A stretch of DNA of 64,000 nt, taken from the NCBI GenBank assembly GCA_036172245.1, contig JAYWIR010000019.1:2852001-2916000 (forward strand). The letters are read 5' to 3'. The notes under the pieces are model-generated. The model was not told the origin of the DNA. It searched no databases and saw nothing but the letters and a program-made list of their open reading frames with translations. This DNA is from Raillietiella orientalis (lineage: Eukaryota). Each line of letters starts with the position of its first letter. Position 1 is the stretch's first letter. A program made the translations under genes and the position numbers. This document shows, piece by piece, positions 26,789-39,100 of the stretch.

Positions 26789-27739
26789 CTGTTCAGAAGA
26801 ACGGCCTGAGCACACAAACTTTGAAGATGTGTTCTGATGATGCTTTCTGATTAGCATCCCCAGCGGATGCAATTCTCAATTTTACTCTGTCACGCTGCAT
26901 GGTGCGCGAAGGTTATCTTTTCCACAGACAGCAACATCGTTATGCGGAATCTCTTGTACATAAATCTATCTGTAATTTTTTTTTTTTTTTTTTCGAAATT
27001 ACGGATAGTTTCGTATCTCTAAAAACCAATAATTAGAATACAAATAGATTCAGGAAACTTTCGAGACCATTAGATTGATTCCTGAGAAGATTATTCGAAT
27101 ATTTCACTTGGAATCGGTGACACTAATTAAAGTCAGTTGATAGCGCAAATTGATTTTGAAGATGATCAACGCCATTTAGATTCTAATAACCGTGAACAGG
27201 AATCACTAAACTTCGTTTCCCAATTCGTCATTGTTCTATCCTTGAGTTATTATTGTAAAATAATTTCTCTCCTCTCAAAATCAATTAGTGCCCCCTCAAA
27301 AAAAAAAAAAAGAAGAAGAGTGCATTATCATAATTACGATCGGTTGCTGTTTATTTAGTGCTTTTGCATTTTGAGTGTCTAATAGAGTTCCACACGTTCT
27401 GCTGGGATTTGAAGACAAATGAAGTCATGAATTAATGAAGGTGAAAATATGCGATGCCATCGAGACAGGAAGAAACCCGCATGGTGGTGCGTCCTTCGCG
27501 TTTCGAGCGTTCCTGAAAGAGCGAGAAGTACGTGCGGAGAGAAGATCAAATATGCCGAGTACCAATGCTCAACTTGGGATGCGTTGCCCGGTAAAATGCA
27601 CGGAGCTCACTTCCTCAACGCACACTGAAGAAGTACCGGCCTAACCTATCGCTGTGTGAGCTGAAAGGCCAACGAAGGCGAGACGTAGGACGCGTGGCCA
27701 CCCTCCTGGAGATGTTTCAGGACAACCTCAAGATTGAGC

Positions 27740-28250
27740 ACTCCAGAAACAGATACGGAAGAGTTTATTCGCGAAGCAACTCGAGCAGCCTATCGAACGA
27801 CAGATGCAGAAATCTCCGTGAAGATCGAGAAAGGGTTACAAATTGGTTCTCCTTCTTGAGGATACGATGATGATCAGAGGCAGCTGTCATTCTTTGGCGG
27901 GTTCTTTGACAGACCCCTCACGAAAGCAAATGTTCCGACAGCAGCCCCATGGGGACAGAAGTGAACAGAAATCAACTGCGGACGGAATCAACTGAATACA
28001 CACCATCTCGATTGATTCTCTTGCGCTGGCTGACAGGAAAACGGAATCCTTGATGAGTAGTCATCTGTTGTAGAACGAGTTTCTTCTCGCCTGCGGACAT
28101 GTCCGAGGCTGATGAATCCAAGCAGCGCTGCGATTCATTTGAACTTCCCGAATTCCACGAAAATAGCAGCAGGGCAATGTGTTGAAAGAGGGGATAGCAG
28201 TACTGTCGAAATGTGCCAAGGAAACTGGGCGTGGGTGGGTGCACCACTGG
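27740..28250 (-). mobile_element. Decayed LINE RT core relic
   Basis: HQGFRFPVS, DGVYSVDSV, FTSVPMGLLSEHLLS*GV, PQEG..FSIFTEISASVVR and CFANKLFRI match QHGFR, VD.VYLDF, FDSVPH..L..YGV, VPQGS..F.IFINDL and LFADDTKLFR in order. Confidence 0.55.
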
Positions 28251-29099
28251 CGGGAACGAATACGGTAAGCCAGTCGGCTCCGCTGATGATTCCTCTTATC
28301 GGGGTACAAGAACAGGACAGCACACCAGAAATGCACACACCACAGGAAACTTTCGCAGGAAGATGCATTTTCTTCGCCGAATACCTTCACCGTTTCACAA
28401 TGTTGTCTGCTTGAACGTTGTCTGCTCCTGCAATGACGAGAGAGGCGAAGATGCCGTGTCAGGTCATGGAAGCCTGATTCCGCCGCGTTCTGTGTTCAAA
28501 TTAACTGATTTGTCATTCGGCGTCTATTTGGTGTGCTCGCATTCTTCTGGAGCTGGAACGAAGCCTGATATCTCAAGGTCAAATCTGTCCGCGTTTACTT
28601 TATTGCAGCTGCCTTTTCAGACACGAGCATGGTTGAACTCAAAAACCAAATCGAGGTAACGAGCTTCAAGTACAAACCGAATTAGGTTCCCGTGGCCACG
28701 CTTCAAAGCCAACTTCCGACCCGCCGCAGCACGCCTTGCGACCGCCGGCTATTACGCGTTCCTGCAGCCAAATTTCCCATCTTTGTGGCTCGTGGAATCC
28801 TCTGCGAGAAAACAGTCCCGCTTCAGCTCGGTGGAGATTTCACAGTCCATGGGTGCCAGAGGAAGTAAATTTATCCCGAAAGTAAATCTTCCGATCGCCT
28901 AGCCCACCTTCTGAGCGTTTCTGAACACGCCTTGGTCCAGGAGGGTGCTGGATGAGTAGTCGCACTTCTTTGTGTTCCAATTCCCGAAACAAAAGGGAAA
29001 GGTTCGCGTACCCATTTGTCCTGGGTTTCAAAGCGCTGCTTGCATGTGGTTCTTTACAGAGTCATCGTGGATTAAAGACAAACTGACAGTCTTCATCAT

Positions 29100-31045
29100 A
29101 ATTAGGGTTCCTTCATTAAACGCCTTTTACTCCTCGGTATTCCCCAGTGCATTGCATTTAGTAAGAGTGCAGTTAACCTTCCTAGAGGGAGAGCTGGAAA
29201 TGCGAAGCCGCGCGTGTCACATCGGATGATTCCGTCATGAAATGCAGCATCGTTTGTAGTCCAACGAATCAGACAACTACTGCTCCCCACAATTCTTCTC
29301 GAGTCCTTGGGAGTGTGCAGTATTCAGCCTTCCGGAGAAAACGATGGTGCGCTTAGATTGCTTCCAGTTTTCTAGCTGACGGTTTACACATCGTTCTGCC
29401 CGCTTCCAAGAACTTCTTTCATCTACGAAGGACGGGATGTCCCAAGGCGAATTTGTTCTTGGGTAATCCGGCTAATATTCCCATCGTACAATAACCCAAA
29501 CGGGAAAAAAAAGTACCGCGTAAGAACAAGCCATCGGCACTTTTCCTTTCCGTGAGTGATCTTTCTTGGACAACTCGGACGTTGTAGAGGCTACCGCCTG
29601 GACCGCAAGAAAGTGTTGCTGAGAAGTTCAGCTCTATTCCTTCATAAACTTACTCACTCCTCTTCCGCATCGGTGCTCTTCTTTGTAAGAGGATAACAGC
29701 AACGTATGTAGGAGTTCATCAGGATAAACGCTGACATCCTGGCATTTCTGGAAGATAACCTCGATATACTTATGCATGCAGAGCAGTTAGCGGGCGAACA
29801 CAATCTTAACAGCCCACTGAAGCGAACGTCTTTATCAGATCATTTTGACGCAACTTTGGCTGAGACAACTTTGTACGACGACAGTGTTTTCCCAAAGATT
29901 TTTCGGCTGCACACGCCTCATCCGCGGCCTCATGCCTCGCGCCGATTTTTCTGAGGCTTTAATCAATTTGAACTAAATCCAAATTGCAAGGGGCTCTGCA
30001 GGTAACCACTCCATGAACTTATGAACTGAAGAATGAATGCCGCAGGGCATGACGTAATCTTTCGACTCGTATTCGTCAAACAGTTTCTTCTAACAGAAAC
30101 TTGAGATTTCGGTCACAAGATTTTCGGGAGCGGCCTATCGTTTTAAACTCCAGTACGCATTTGGTATTTCCTTTTCTTTTTCTTGTAATTGTTTACGTCC
30201 TCCATGATTTCTTGCTTGTTCCTTCCAAGTCCCTCGAAGACAAAAGGTGAAACTTCCTCCATTGAACTTTACTGCATAAAAATTTCCTGAACCAAGATCG
30301 TGGGACGGATCCAGAATAAATCTGCCAATTAGACATCACCTTAGGATTTTCCTCCTGTCGGAGTTAAATTGCAGAACACCGACAAAAAAGGTCAGGGGTA
30401 CAAAGGAGGGGAGATCTGGAAGTGCTCTTTGAGAGGGCATGGGGCTGCAGGTGTGCGGTGCACCTTTCTTGCTGCGCTCAGTTCTTCTATGGTGCAGCAG
30501 CTTCTTCTGTGTGCGTTGTGTTCCGTCCATGGACGACAGCCAGGCAGCCTTCAGCTTCGGCCATCACTCAAGAGAGAAACCGAGTTGCGGAAGCTCTCCG
30601 GATAAAGTTGCTACCCATGAAGAGCTTTACATCTATCTACCAGCGCGATAAACGACGCTCCGAAGAAGTGCCGAAGTTTCTGCAGATGCATTTGTCAATG
30701 TGTGCGCTCAAGTCGAAGGCACGTCAGACTTGTTTTTGCGGAATCCATTCTCACAAACTTCACAAACACATCTTTGGATGGAAAAGGCATCTAGGATGAA
30801 TGTTTGAACATAATACCAATTCTGCTTGCAAGCCAAGGAAATCCTCCAGGGTTCTTTCTTTCCTTACTTTGGAATTTCGCCTGAATCGCAGACTTTTTAC
30901 AAATCTCTTTGCAGACTATTTGCAAATCTCTTTGTTCCGCTAAAGCGTCTCATAAAGTCCTTGCAAAAAGTGAACTTTCTCGGAGAAATTGGCATAAATT
31001 TTTCATCTTTGGCATGAGACAAGTGGCATCCATTTTTCAAGTATA
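29100..31045 (-). mobile_element. Decayed CR1/L2-like LINE ORF2 relic (linker, RT, C-terminus)
   Basis: In order: RKNPGGFPW, KKLL..KKGAP..SP..RALPDL..VPLTFF, SGSVPRSW, VSVYPDE (YADD position), GLLYDGNIS, RKAEYCT, CDTRGFAFPALP..LLNAM. Many stops and frameshifts. Confidence 0.5.
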
Positions 31046-31046
31046 A

Positions 31047-31098
31047 CATCAAGTGCCTCAAGCTAGAGGCGCACCTCCCTAGCTCGGGGCACTTGATG
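31047..31098. other. 52-nt near-perfect inverted repeat (hairpin)
   Basis: CATCAAGTGCC-TCAAGCTAG-AGGCGCACCTCC-CTAGCTCGG-GGCACTTGATG: 11 perfect pairs, then 9 positions with one wobble and one mismatch. Confidence 0.85.
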
Positions 31099-31549
31099 GA
31101 CACTTAGACAAACGAGGAATTAGCGAACAGTAGCAGTGCGCAATTAATAGAGTCACCAGCAAGTCGAAAGGGGTTATTGCTTCTGACTAGATCGGCTTTC
31201 GGCTTTCATTTGGAACTGGAAGCTGGCTCCCAGTCATTCGCCACCTCACTTTGCCTCTGGGGTTCCGGCAGCCACCTCAAGTCCTCGCGGGGTCCATTTT
31301 ATTCCTTTTTGTGTTCGCTCCCGGTTTGAGCTATCTTTCAGCTAAGGCTGATATTCCTTCGCATCGTTGCATTCTCTTGGATAGCTGCGGCAGCTGAGAC
31401 CAACAGTTTCCTTCTCGCTTTCCGCGTCTTCGTCCCCCCCTCCCTCCCTCCTAATAAAAGCACTACCTTTTGTACAAGACAGCGTCACTGATCCTCACAT
31501 CCAGTTGCTTGAAAAAGAGTGGCACCGAAGTGTTCGACTACCTGTGAGG

Positions 31550-33400
31550 GGAGTGCAAAATGTTTCCCGAGAAAATTTGAGCCTTCTCTTCTAGAGGATT
31601 CCCAATATTCCTTCAGAATCTCCATACGTGGGTTCGCAATCTTCTCTCCCTCGCAGGCATCCAGTTTAGTGTTCGTATGTGCCAGGCTTTGGCTTCTAAG
31701 CGAGCACGATGGATGGCTGTTCCCATTCCATACTGCTGCACCGTCTACCTTTTCGCTTAAAGTAGGCACCTGAAAAATCTCAGTGTTTCTCTTAAGTTTA
31801 CTCGTGTGGATGTCAAAAGTAAACATAGTTCGTGGTTTTGTGCTTTTTGGGAAGGGGAGGGGGGGACTTCGATAATAAGTGGAGTTTTTCTTTGCTCTTC
31901 TGGGTATTCGAAACCAGCAAGTCAGCTACTCCGCAAATTCAAATTCGAACTCTTCAGTTTCCCGAACAGATTTTAAAACTCTGATTCTTGCTACGCTGAA
32001 GTTTTTTCAAGACAATGAATCCTCCAAAGCTGAATAATCATTCCTTTTAAGCGAGAAATGAATTTTTTGTTTGTCTGCCTTTCTTGAGGTATGTCCGACG
32101 CAGACAGTCGCGCAGAGCTGATGGTTGAAGGCCAGTCGCCATCCCATCTCTGTCTTGAGTCTGCAAGTAGGAAAAGTAACAGGAGAGTAGCTGTCAGTTC
32201 TGGTACATCGTAGATGCTTCCCACTAGTCCGTGGTCGTAGGAAGGAATGATCCAAAAGCTATTAGCACTGACAGCACATTTTCAAGGATGGAAATTTGAT
32301 TTTGAATAGGAACACAAGAGAGAAGAAGGTCATTTTATCACATGTCTCATTCTTTGCTGGATGCTTTTCTTTCCTGGTGTTTTCCTAACCATCGAAGACA
32401 TGAATTCGTCATTCCATCTTCTCTCCCATCTTCCGGGTCTTGTCTGCTAGGGCACCAGACACTTTGCACTGGAGTTTCATTTTCTCAATAAGACTGCATC
32501 TTGATCTTCGACCGAGTCCATTGTAGACTGGGAAATCTCCTCACGTAAAGAGGAAAGATACTTTACCTCCCTCTTCGCTTCCCTAATATGTTTCTAGTGG
32601 GAAGCAAAGCAAAAGCGCTTTCTTTCCTTCAAGTGATGGGTCTTTCCCACTGTTGAAGGAATGGATACTCCCGAGCTTTCTCTTTGCGATTCTTCCGCTG
32701 CCACGTCTTCCGATTCGCCCAAGGTTACAATTTTCATCGTCCCGGTAGTAATGTCAAATGAAGTCATCATCTGCCCCACTGCAGCTTTTTGAACCCTCCA
32801 GCAAGTTCTTGCTCCTCTTGTTTTCACATCTGTAATTTCTGCTTCATAGCTTTGTGCCTCGAAATTTTGATAACAGCAACGGTCTTTCCCCAAAGCATGA
32901 TGTGTTATTCAGAAGCATCAATGAATGCCTACAAATGTCACATTCTGGAAACTGAAGATTCTTTTAATAGAGGAAGGGAACAGAAAATTTTCTCAGGCTT
33001 ACGACCCGAAGATGAGGCAGAGTGGTTGTTTACCAGTTTTACTGATATCCTAAACCGCATCAGGGTTTGTGGAAAGAACTTCGGAAAGCCCCCAGAGTCT
33101 TCTAAAGAGAGAACACGAGAGGCAAAGAGAGTGGTATGAGGAACCCGAAAGAGATTACGTGGATCCTTTTGTTTCAAGGGAGGGAACGATGCATAAAACG
33201 GAAGGAATCTGAACGCGTCCGTCACTTACGACTGGAGTAAAACTTGGGCTGGGAACTGGGATGAACTGAAAGAATCGCGCGACCCAAGGAATCACAAGTG
33301 GTCGTGAAAAGCAAAGGCGCTGCAACTTTATTCTTGGAGGAGAGGCTTCGCGCACGTTGTTGCTCGTAATGAACAGAAGGTCTGCAGAAGAAGATTGGTA
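31550..33400 (-). mobile_element. Decayed CR1/L2-like LINE ORF2 relic (APE endonuclease, linker, RT)
   Basis: Degenerate motifs across frameshifts and stops, in canonical order: FITSNNVRE (APE start), DASE*H (SDH), CWRVQKAAVGQMM, IREAKRE, ISILENVLSVL, VPELTATLLLLF..GDW, MFTFDI, TGCLRG, NIGNPLEEKAQIFSGN. Spacing roughly fits the consensus. By-eye only. Confidence 0.5.
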
Positions 33401-33849
33401 GCTCTGGTTGTTCTCTCTGTGCTCTCGCTGCCTGCACTCTCTGCACTCCCGGTGTTTTCCACCAGAGTGGAATTTCGAGTCTTCCGGGGGCAACGTGGAA
33501 TGAGGCCTGAATCGTGGACACCCGAAATTGGTCGGATTGCCCTTCTAGTTTTCGTTTCTCAGGAAGCACCCCAATTACTCTGCGATGAAAAGTGTTTCGG
33601 CTCAAATTTCTATATTTAGCAACGGTTCGGGGCCATCTTCCGCGCTACATTTTCCATGCTCCTCTCGTCGAATTCGGAGAGGACAGCTGCTGCATTTGAT
33701 GTTCGCCTGAACGGAGCACCGCGAAGGAAACAATCTCCTCGAAATTGCAGCCGCCCTCATTGGTCCTAATTACAAGACATTTCGAGACTGGAAATTTCGG
33801 AGGCACAGGGGCTTTGCGAATCTTTGTTTACGGTCCAAATACCTTCCCT

Positions 33850-34450
33850 CCTCACGCGACAAAACTCTTCTCGCGCTTTCCCGATGCACCTCGAGAGCCT
33901 CCCCGCCAGCATTCGAGATTCTCAGAAACCGAAGATTCTTCCCAGTCTGAGTTAGCAGAGTCCTCGTGGCCTTGTTTCTCCGCGCGTAAAGAGGTTGCGA
34001 GTCTTTTAGCCCGCCACTTTTGCAGCTCTTGCGATCGGCAAGTGCGAGATCGGTCGGTTCTTCAGAATGCTCGCTTCAGGAAACGCCAGCGTCGCAACGC
34101 ACCGCACCACATTCGTGTCTTTGCCGAGAGGGTTCAGGTGTCCATGGGGAGCTCTTCGACCTGCTCACTTTTTGCTCCGTGCTCGTCCTTATGGTTGCCT
34201 TGTCTCCAGCGAGTGCCAAAGATCCGTTCTGTCTTTGCCGACGTTCGGAACCGGTTGGGATGCAATGGACCAGCATCCGTTGCGGAAGCTGCTGCGTGAA
34301 GCGCTCCTTCAATCGCATTGGGAGCTCCACGGGGAAGCCTCCCATTCCTCTTTGCTTGCCTGCTTCCTTTCTCTGAGAGGGTCCTCGGAATGTGGAGTCC
34401 GAAGAATCCCAGCACCGCCGAGGGGCTCAGGGGCGCCGCCCGTGGGTCGT
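33850..34450 (+). mobile_element. Decayed LINE linker/RT N-terminal relic
   Basis: KEVASLLARHFCSS, EPVGMQWTSIR, SFNRIGSSTGKPP and KNPSTAEGLRG occur in order. Confidence 0.35.
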
Positions 34451-35734
34451 TCCACGTGTGCTCCCGCCCTCCGAGGCTAACGATGACCAGCGCCGTGAAA
34501 TTTGGACCGCATCTCCCTCTTGGAACTCTTCCGGCGTCCACCTGGAACGCGGTATTCCACGAGATCTTCCCCTCCTCTCGCTTCTCCAGAAAGCGTGTCG
34601 AGCACCATTTTTTTGGTGTTCTCGTGTTCCGAAGGAAGGGAGTCACTTCGTCCCTTTTTTGCTGTTTCATCTTCATCCCAAGGATGCTTTTTTGGGGGGG
34701 GAGGGGAGGACTCACTCGTCCGAAACATCCGGGAACCTACTCGAGATGCTTTTTCCGTGATTTTCCATTTTCGAAAATGAGATCGCGTTTCTTACAGGCT
34801 CGGACAGGCAGACGAGGGATTCTTTCCCCGCTTTCGGTTTGCCCCTTGCGTTCGCGAAATTTCCGTGAAAGGCGTGCTCAGAAATGGCCCGGAAAGCGAA
34901 CGCTCCCTTCCCTCTAGCCGAGCGCTCCAGAACCGTCCCGCGGGTCGCCGGATCTCTCTCCATTTTCACCGACGTCTCGTCTCTTCGGGATGCGCGAATC
35001 CGTCGCCCAGGTCCCATTCCTAGGGAAATCCGCTCGTTTTAACAAGGATTTTGAGGACCGAGCTGGGACACAGATCGCTGGAAGCTGGGACGTGGAGTCA
35101 CGAGACAATCCCTCTGCCGCGCGGCCCACTTCCTCAGCGTCGCACTCCGAGGGCCGAGCGTTTTCACGCGCTTGCGTCTTATGCGTCGTGGTTTGCACGT
35201 CCGACCTGACGAGATGAGCTGGAACTAAAAGATTTTTCTTTTTACCCTTTTGCATCCCAACCTGCGCTTCCCTCCTCCGATCTGCCCACTTCATCCGGGA
35301 TCTCAAAGATGCCTCTTCCTTGAAGATCAGAATCTCCAGCGCTTTCCCAGTTGACTTTTCGCGCCGTCTGACTCCCGATCGAGTGCTCCTTGTGAAGGAA
35401 GGACGAGGCACCTTCTCTGGTTCCCGTGCCACCCGTGGAAGGTTCTGCGTCCTTCGGGATTAGCCGCCGATTCCCTTCCGTCCCTTGTCTTCTGGAAGAT
35501 GATTCCAGGCACGGAGAACACGGAGAGAACGCGATGTGAAATTTCCCTTTCCCGTGACCGTTCCCTCCCCGGGATTTCTACGCCGATCGTTTCTTGATTC
35601 ACTGCCTAGGAGCTCCTCAGCTCTTTGACGGAAGCTGGAGGTTCTCTCTCTCGGTTCGAGAGGAGCTGAAAGAGGCACGATCGGCCCGATGCGCAACCGG
35701 GAATGACTCGCCCTGTCCTTCTCTGCCTGCAACG

Positions 35735-36190
35735 ATTCCTGTTTCAGAAAGAAAAGCCCGTTTTCCAGAAAACAGGTCCACCTCTCCAGATATTGAAGGA
35801 ACAGACCCCCCATTCCAAGGAAACCATCCAGGTCGTACTGATGGAGTCGGTGTAGCTACCTCTCCAGAGAGTGCAGAGAAGCGAGCCTATCCCTTCGGGG
35901 AGCTCCCTTCTGAGAAATTTCGGAAGCGTCCTTTCGGGGTTCTCTTCCGTGGAGGAAACCAGGAGAGGTTCCCCTTGCGGCTTCCCTCTGAAGAAGAAAA
36001 AAAATGAGCAAGCCCCTCCAGGGGTTCTTACGGAGAGAATAAGGAAGAGGAGATTCCCTGCGGGTTTCCCGTCTGGAGGTGATCTCCCTTGCGGGGATCC
36101 CTCCCCAGACGTGAGAGGAACGGACTCTGATCCCTTCCTGGATGCATAAGGCGGACCCTCTCAGGGTACCTCCTTTGTCTTAGAGAAGAA
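35735..36190 (+). repeat. Dispersed ~450-bp interspersed repeat, copy A (likely non-autonomous element)
   Basis: Colinear with the reverse complement of 60960-61455: CACCTCTCCAG, GAGTGCA, TTTCGGAAGCGTCC.TTCGGGGTTCTCTTC, CCCTTGCGG.TTCCCTC, GGACTCT, CTTCCTGGAT.CATA.GGCGGACCC. Confidence 0.85.
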
Positions 36191-39100
36191 CAGATCAGGT
36201 CGTGTCTGTCAGAGTGCACGTGGAGACGAAAGCGGGGGAGCAAGACTAAGGTTGAAACGGGTCGTCTGGGTTATCGAGAGAGATACGGATCAACAGTACC
36301 GGTGACATCTGCAAGCTGGCCGGGCTACTGGTCAGTGGGGATATCCATTCCTAAACATGTCTGTGAGTCTTTGGGCCGCGGAGAGTTTTTTGATGCACTT
36401 CGCGGGCAGCGGGGCAGAAAGGATGGACATGCGAAGAGGGGCCCTGGCAATGCTTCGGCATAAAGGACAGGTTGAAGTCGAGGCGCCGAAAGGGAGCGCG
36501 AACGGGAGTGGAGCCAGGCGGCTCCTAGTACTTGGAAAAAGGCTGTCTGTTTGTTGCTGGGGAGAGCGAACCTGCCCTCGTAGGGATGCGAGCTCCAGCG
36601 TTGGAGGCCAGGCCGAAACAAAGACCCGCCGTTTGTTTGGGGCGGTGCTTCTCGGAATTTCGGGGTTTCGGCCGTCGACAAAGCCGTCGTCGTTGCGTGC
36701 GGCGGTGCCTGCGAACCGTCCAAGTTGCGGCAGGCGAGAGGGGAGAGGTCAGAAGAGACCGAGAAAAAGGATAAAAAAAAAAAAAGATGCGGGGGTGCAA
36801 GTCTATCTGGAGGAGGGAATCCAGAAGGCGGACCCTAGGAACTGGATCCGCGCGGCTTTCCCGGGAAGCGGCGACGGTTCCCCGTCCGAGGCGAGGGAGG
36901 AGCGCAGACGCAACGGTGGACTCGGCCAAGAGAAGGAGGTCGGCAGAGAAGGCACAGGAAGACCCGTTGGGAAAGTCCAAAATTGGCTGGCACACCGAGG
37001 GGGCAGCCGCTGCCCCCGTGACGGGACCTCGGAAGCGCGGTTCGACCCCCGCCAGGCTGCAGGCGTCTCGACGAGGGGCACCGCCGTCCCCAGCGCGCTG
37101 GAGGAAGATTCTTCCTCGTAGACCTTTTGGAAAGAAGGGAACCCTGCCGCACCAGTGGGCGAGGTGAGGCAGAGGTCCGTCCGAGCCACGTGGGGCGACG
37201 GGGAGCCTGCGTGCGTGTGAAAGGGCGGGAAGGAGAGGGGGGATCTTCAGTACATCCGCAGCTCGAGCGTCCAAGTCTTCGGTGATTCGAATTGTGGGTT
37301 GCCCCTTCCTGAGCTGCTCCCGGCACTCATCGGGTCCCCTCATCATGGAGTGCTCGGCTCCCACACCCAGTCGTAAGGGCCGCGCTCTGCTCAAGTCGAG
37401 CAAAAACGACCTTCCGTGGGCCTCCGACGATTAAGAGCTGATTGTGGTCTACTGGAAGCAGATTCCATCACCCGGGAGAATTCGGAGCCTCCAGGAGCAT
37501 CATCCGCTCGAGCCGGATTTTCCCTTTCCCCTGCGCCATCTCGGTTCCTTCGCAACGCGCGCGCACGTGCATGCTGATGAGGACGCTCGCCGCCGTCCCT
37601 TCTTCCCGCAAGCGTCCCGGGCGAGGGTATGTGCGCTCGAACGGGGAGGCGGGCTCGCCTCCTTCCCAGACTGGGGCGTTGTCTCCGGGCGTTCTGGGGG
37701 GGACGAAAGTAAAGGCGCCGCTCTTAGGGCTGCTCCCGGGAGAAACATTCGGGAAGCTTCGTTCCTGCCCAGCTTCCGGGAGGAAGGCACATCTCCCTCT
37801 GCACCAATCACGGCCCGACCCAGGGAGGAGATCGCGTCTAGGAGAGCCCGCCATTCGCTCCGGGAGACGCGGACTCTCGGGAGGGGCGTCAGAGGATCTC
37901 ACGCTCTCTGGAGGTCCGAAGAGCTGGGGTGATCCCGCGAGGCGTTGGGAAACGCGGAGGGCCGGACGTCTTCCCTTCTGGGGAGTCCCGAGGGCAAGCG
38001 CGGGAGGGGATTTGCGGGCAGCGGAGAGGCAGAGCGCCACGCTGGGATTGAGGTCTTCTCCTGGAGGAATCGGCCGCCGCTGGCCAGCCACGGTCGCTTT
38101 CTGTACACTCGATGACGTTGCCTCTTCGAGGACGTGGGACTTTTTGGAAGGAACCCGGGAACCCGGGCCTAGAAGACGAGGTGGAGGCGGCAGCCTCAGC
38201 AGATGACCCCCTCCCTTTGGCAGGTCGGCAGCCCCTTCCTTCGCTGCTTCTTCAAATTCGGGCCCCCACACCCCCACCCTTCCCCTCTCCTGGAGACTCG
38301 AGGCGTCGTGCAGCGGGAAGCCGAGATTCCCGTTCGGGGTCTCTCGGGCGCGGTTCGCGCTTTTTGCGCGCCACTTTTCTGCGTCTTCGGGCTCCGCAAA
38401 AGAGGCACCGCTGCGCGTCGCAGGTGACCGACTCGTATGCAGGGAAGGAGGGAGGGAGAAACCTCGCGCTCGGGACGACCGGCCCCACCTCGTTTGGAGT
38501 GTCACTTTCCCCCCTCCCCCCTTCCATCTGGCTTTCTGTTCTTCTTTTCCCTTTCTTTGCTTTTCAGGAAGGTCGTCGGCCATCCTCCGGAAGGAAGCGG
38601 AGACCCCGGATGCTTTGGAACGCGGTAAGCCAAGACGCGCCCCTGAGCGAACTTTTCCTGGGAGGACCTCCTCCTGCGCCGGAGGCGATGCGACACACCG
38701 CGCCTTTCCCGCCCGTGGCCCTCAACCGCGGAGTTTCTTCTCGTGGAAGGTCAAACACCGCTATTGGCGCAGCCTCAGCCTCGCAGTAGCTGCCGCCGCG
38801 GTGGGACGCCCAAGGGGATCCTCCGCAGTGGCCGACGGAGGTGGGGCGCGCGACCCCATTGACCAGCGACCGCAGGAGCACGGCACGACCTTTACCTCAC
38901 CTCCGCCCTGCCTCTTGCCCGGGGGAGAACGCGCGGCCATTTACCGTCTTACAACGAAAACGAGAGACCGCTGCCTGAGAGCTGCGGCCCCCCAGTTCGC
39001 GGCCTTTCCGGCTGAAGGGCCGTGAGAGGGCAGGTTTCTTCCCCCTCACACCGTCCCCCAGAGACCTCTGAAGGAGAGTTCGTATCTCCCGACTTGCCCT

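Noticed and set aside
31160..31206. TGACTAGATC, resembling the miR-279/996 5' end, in a weak fold-back
   Set aside because: Pairing needs a ~7-nt bulge across the seed-adjacent region, and the 3' part does not match the family as I recall it.
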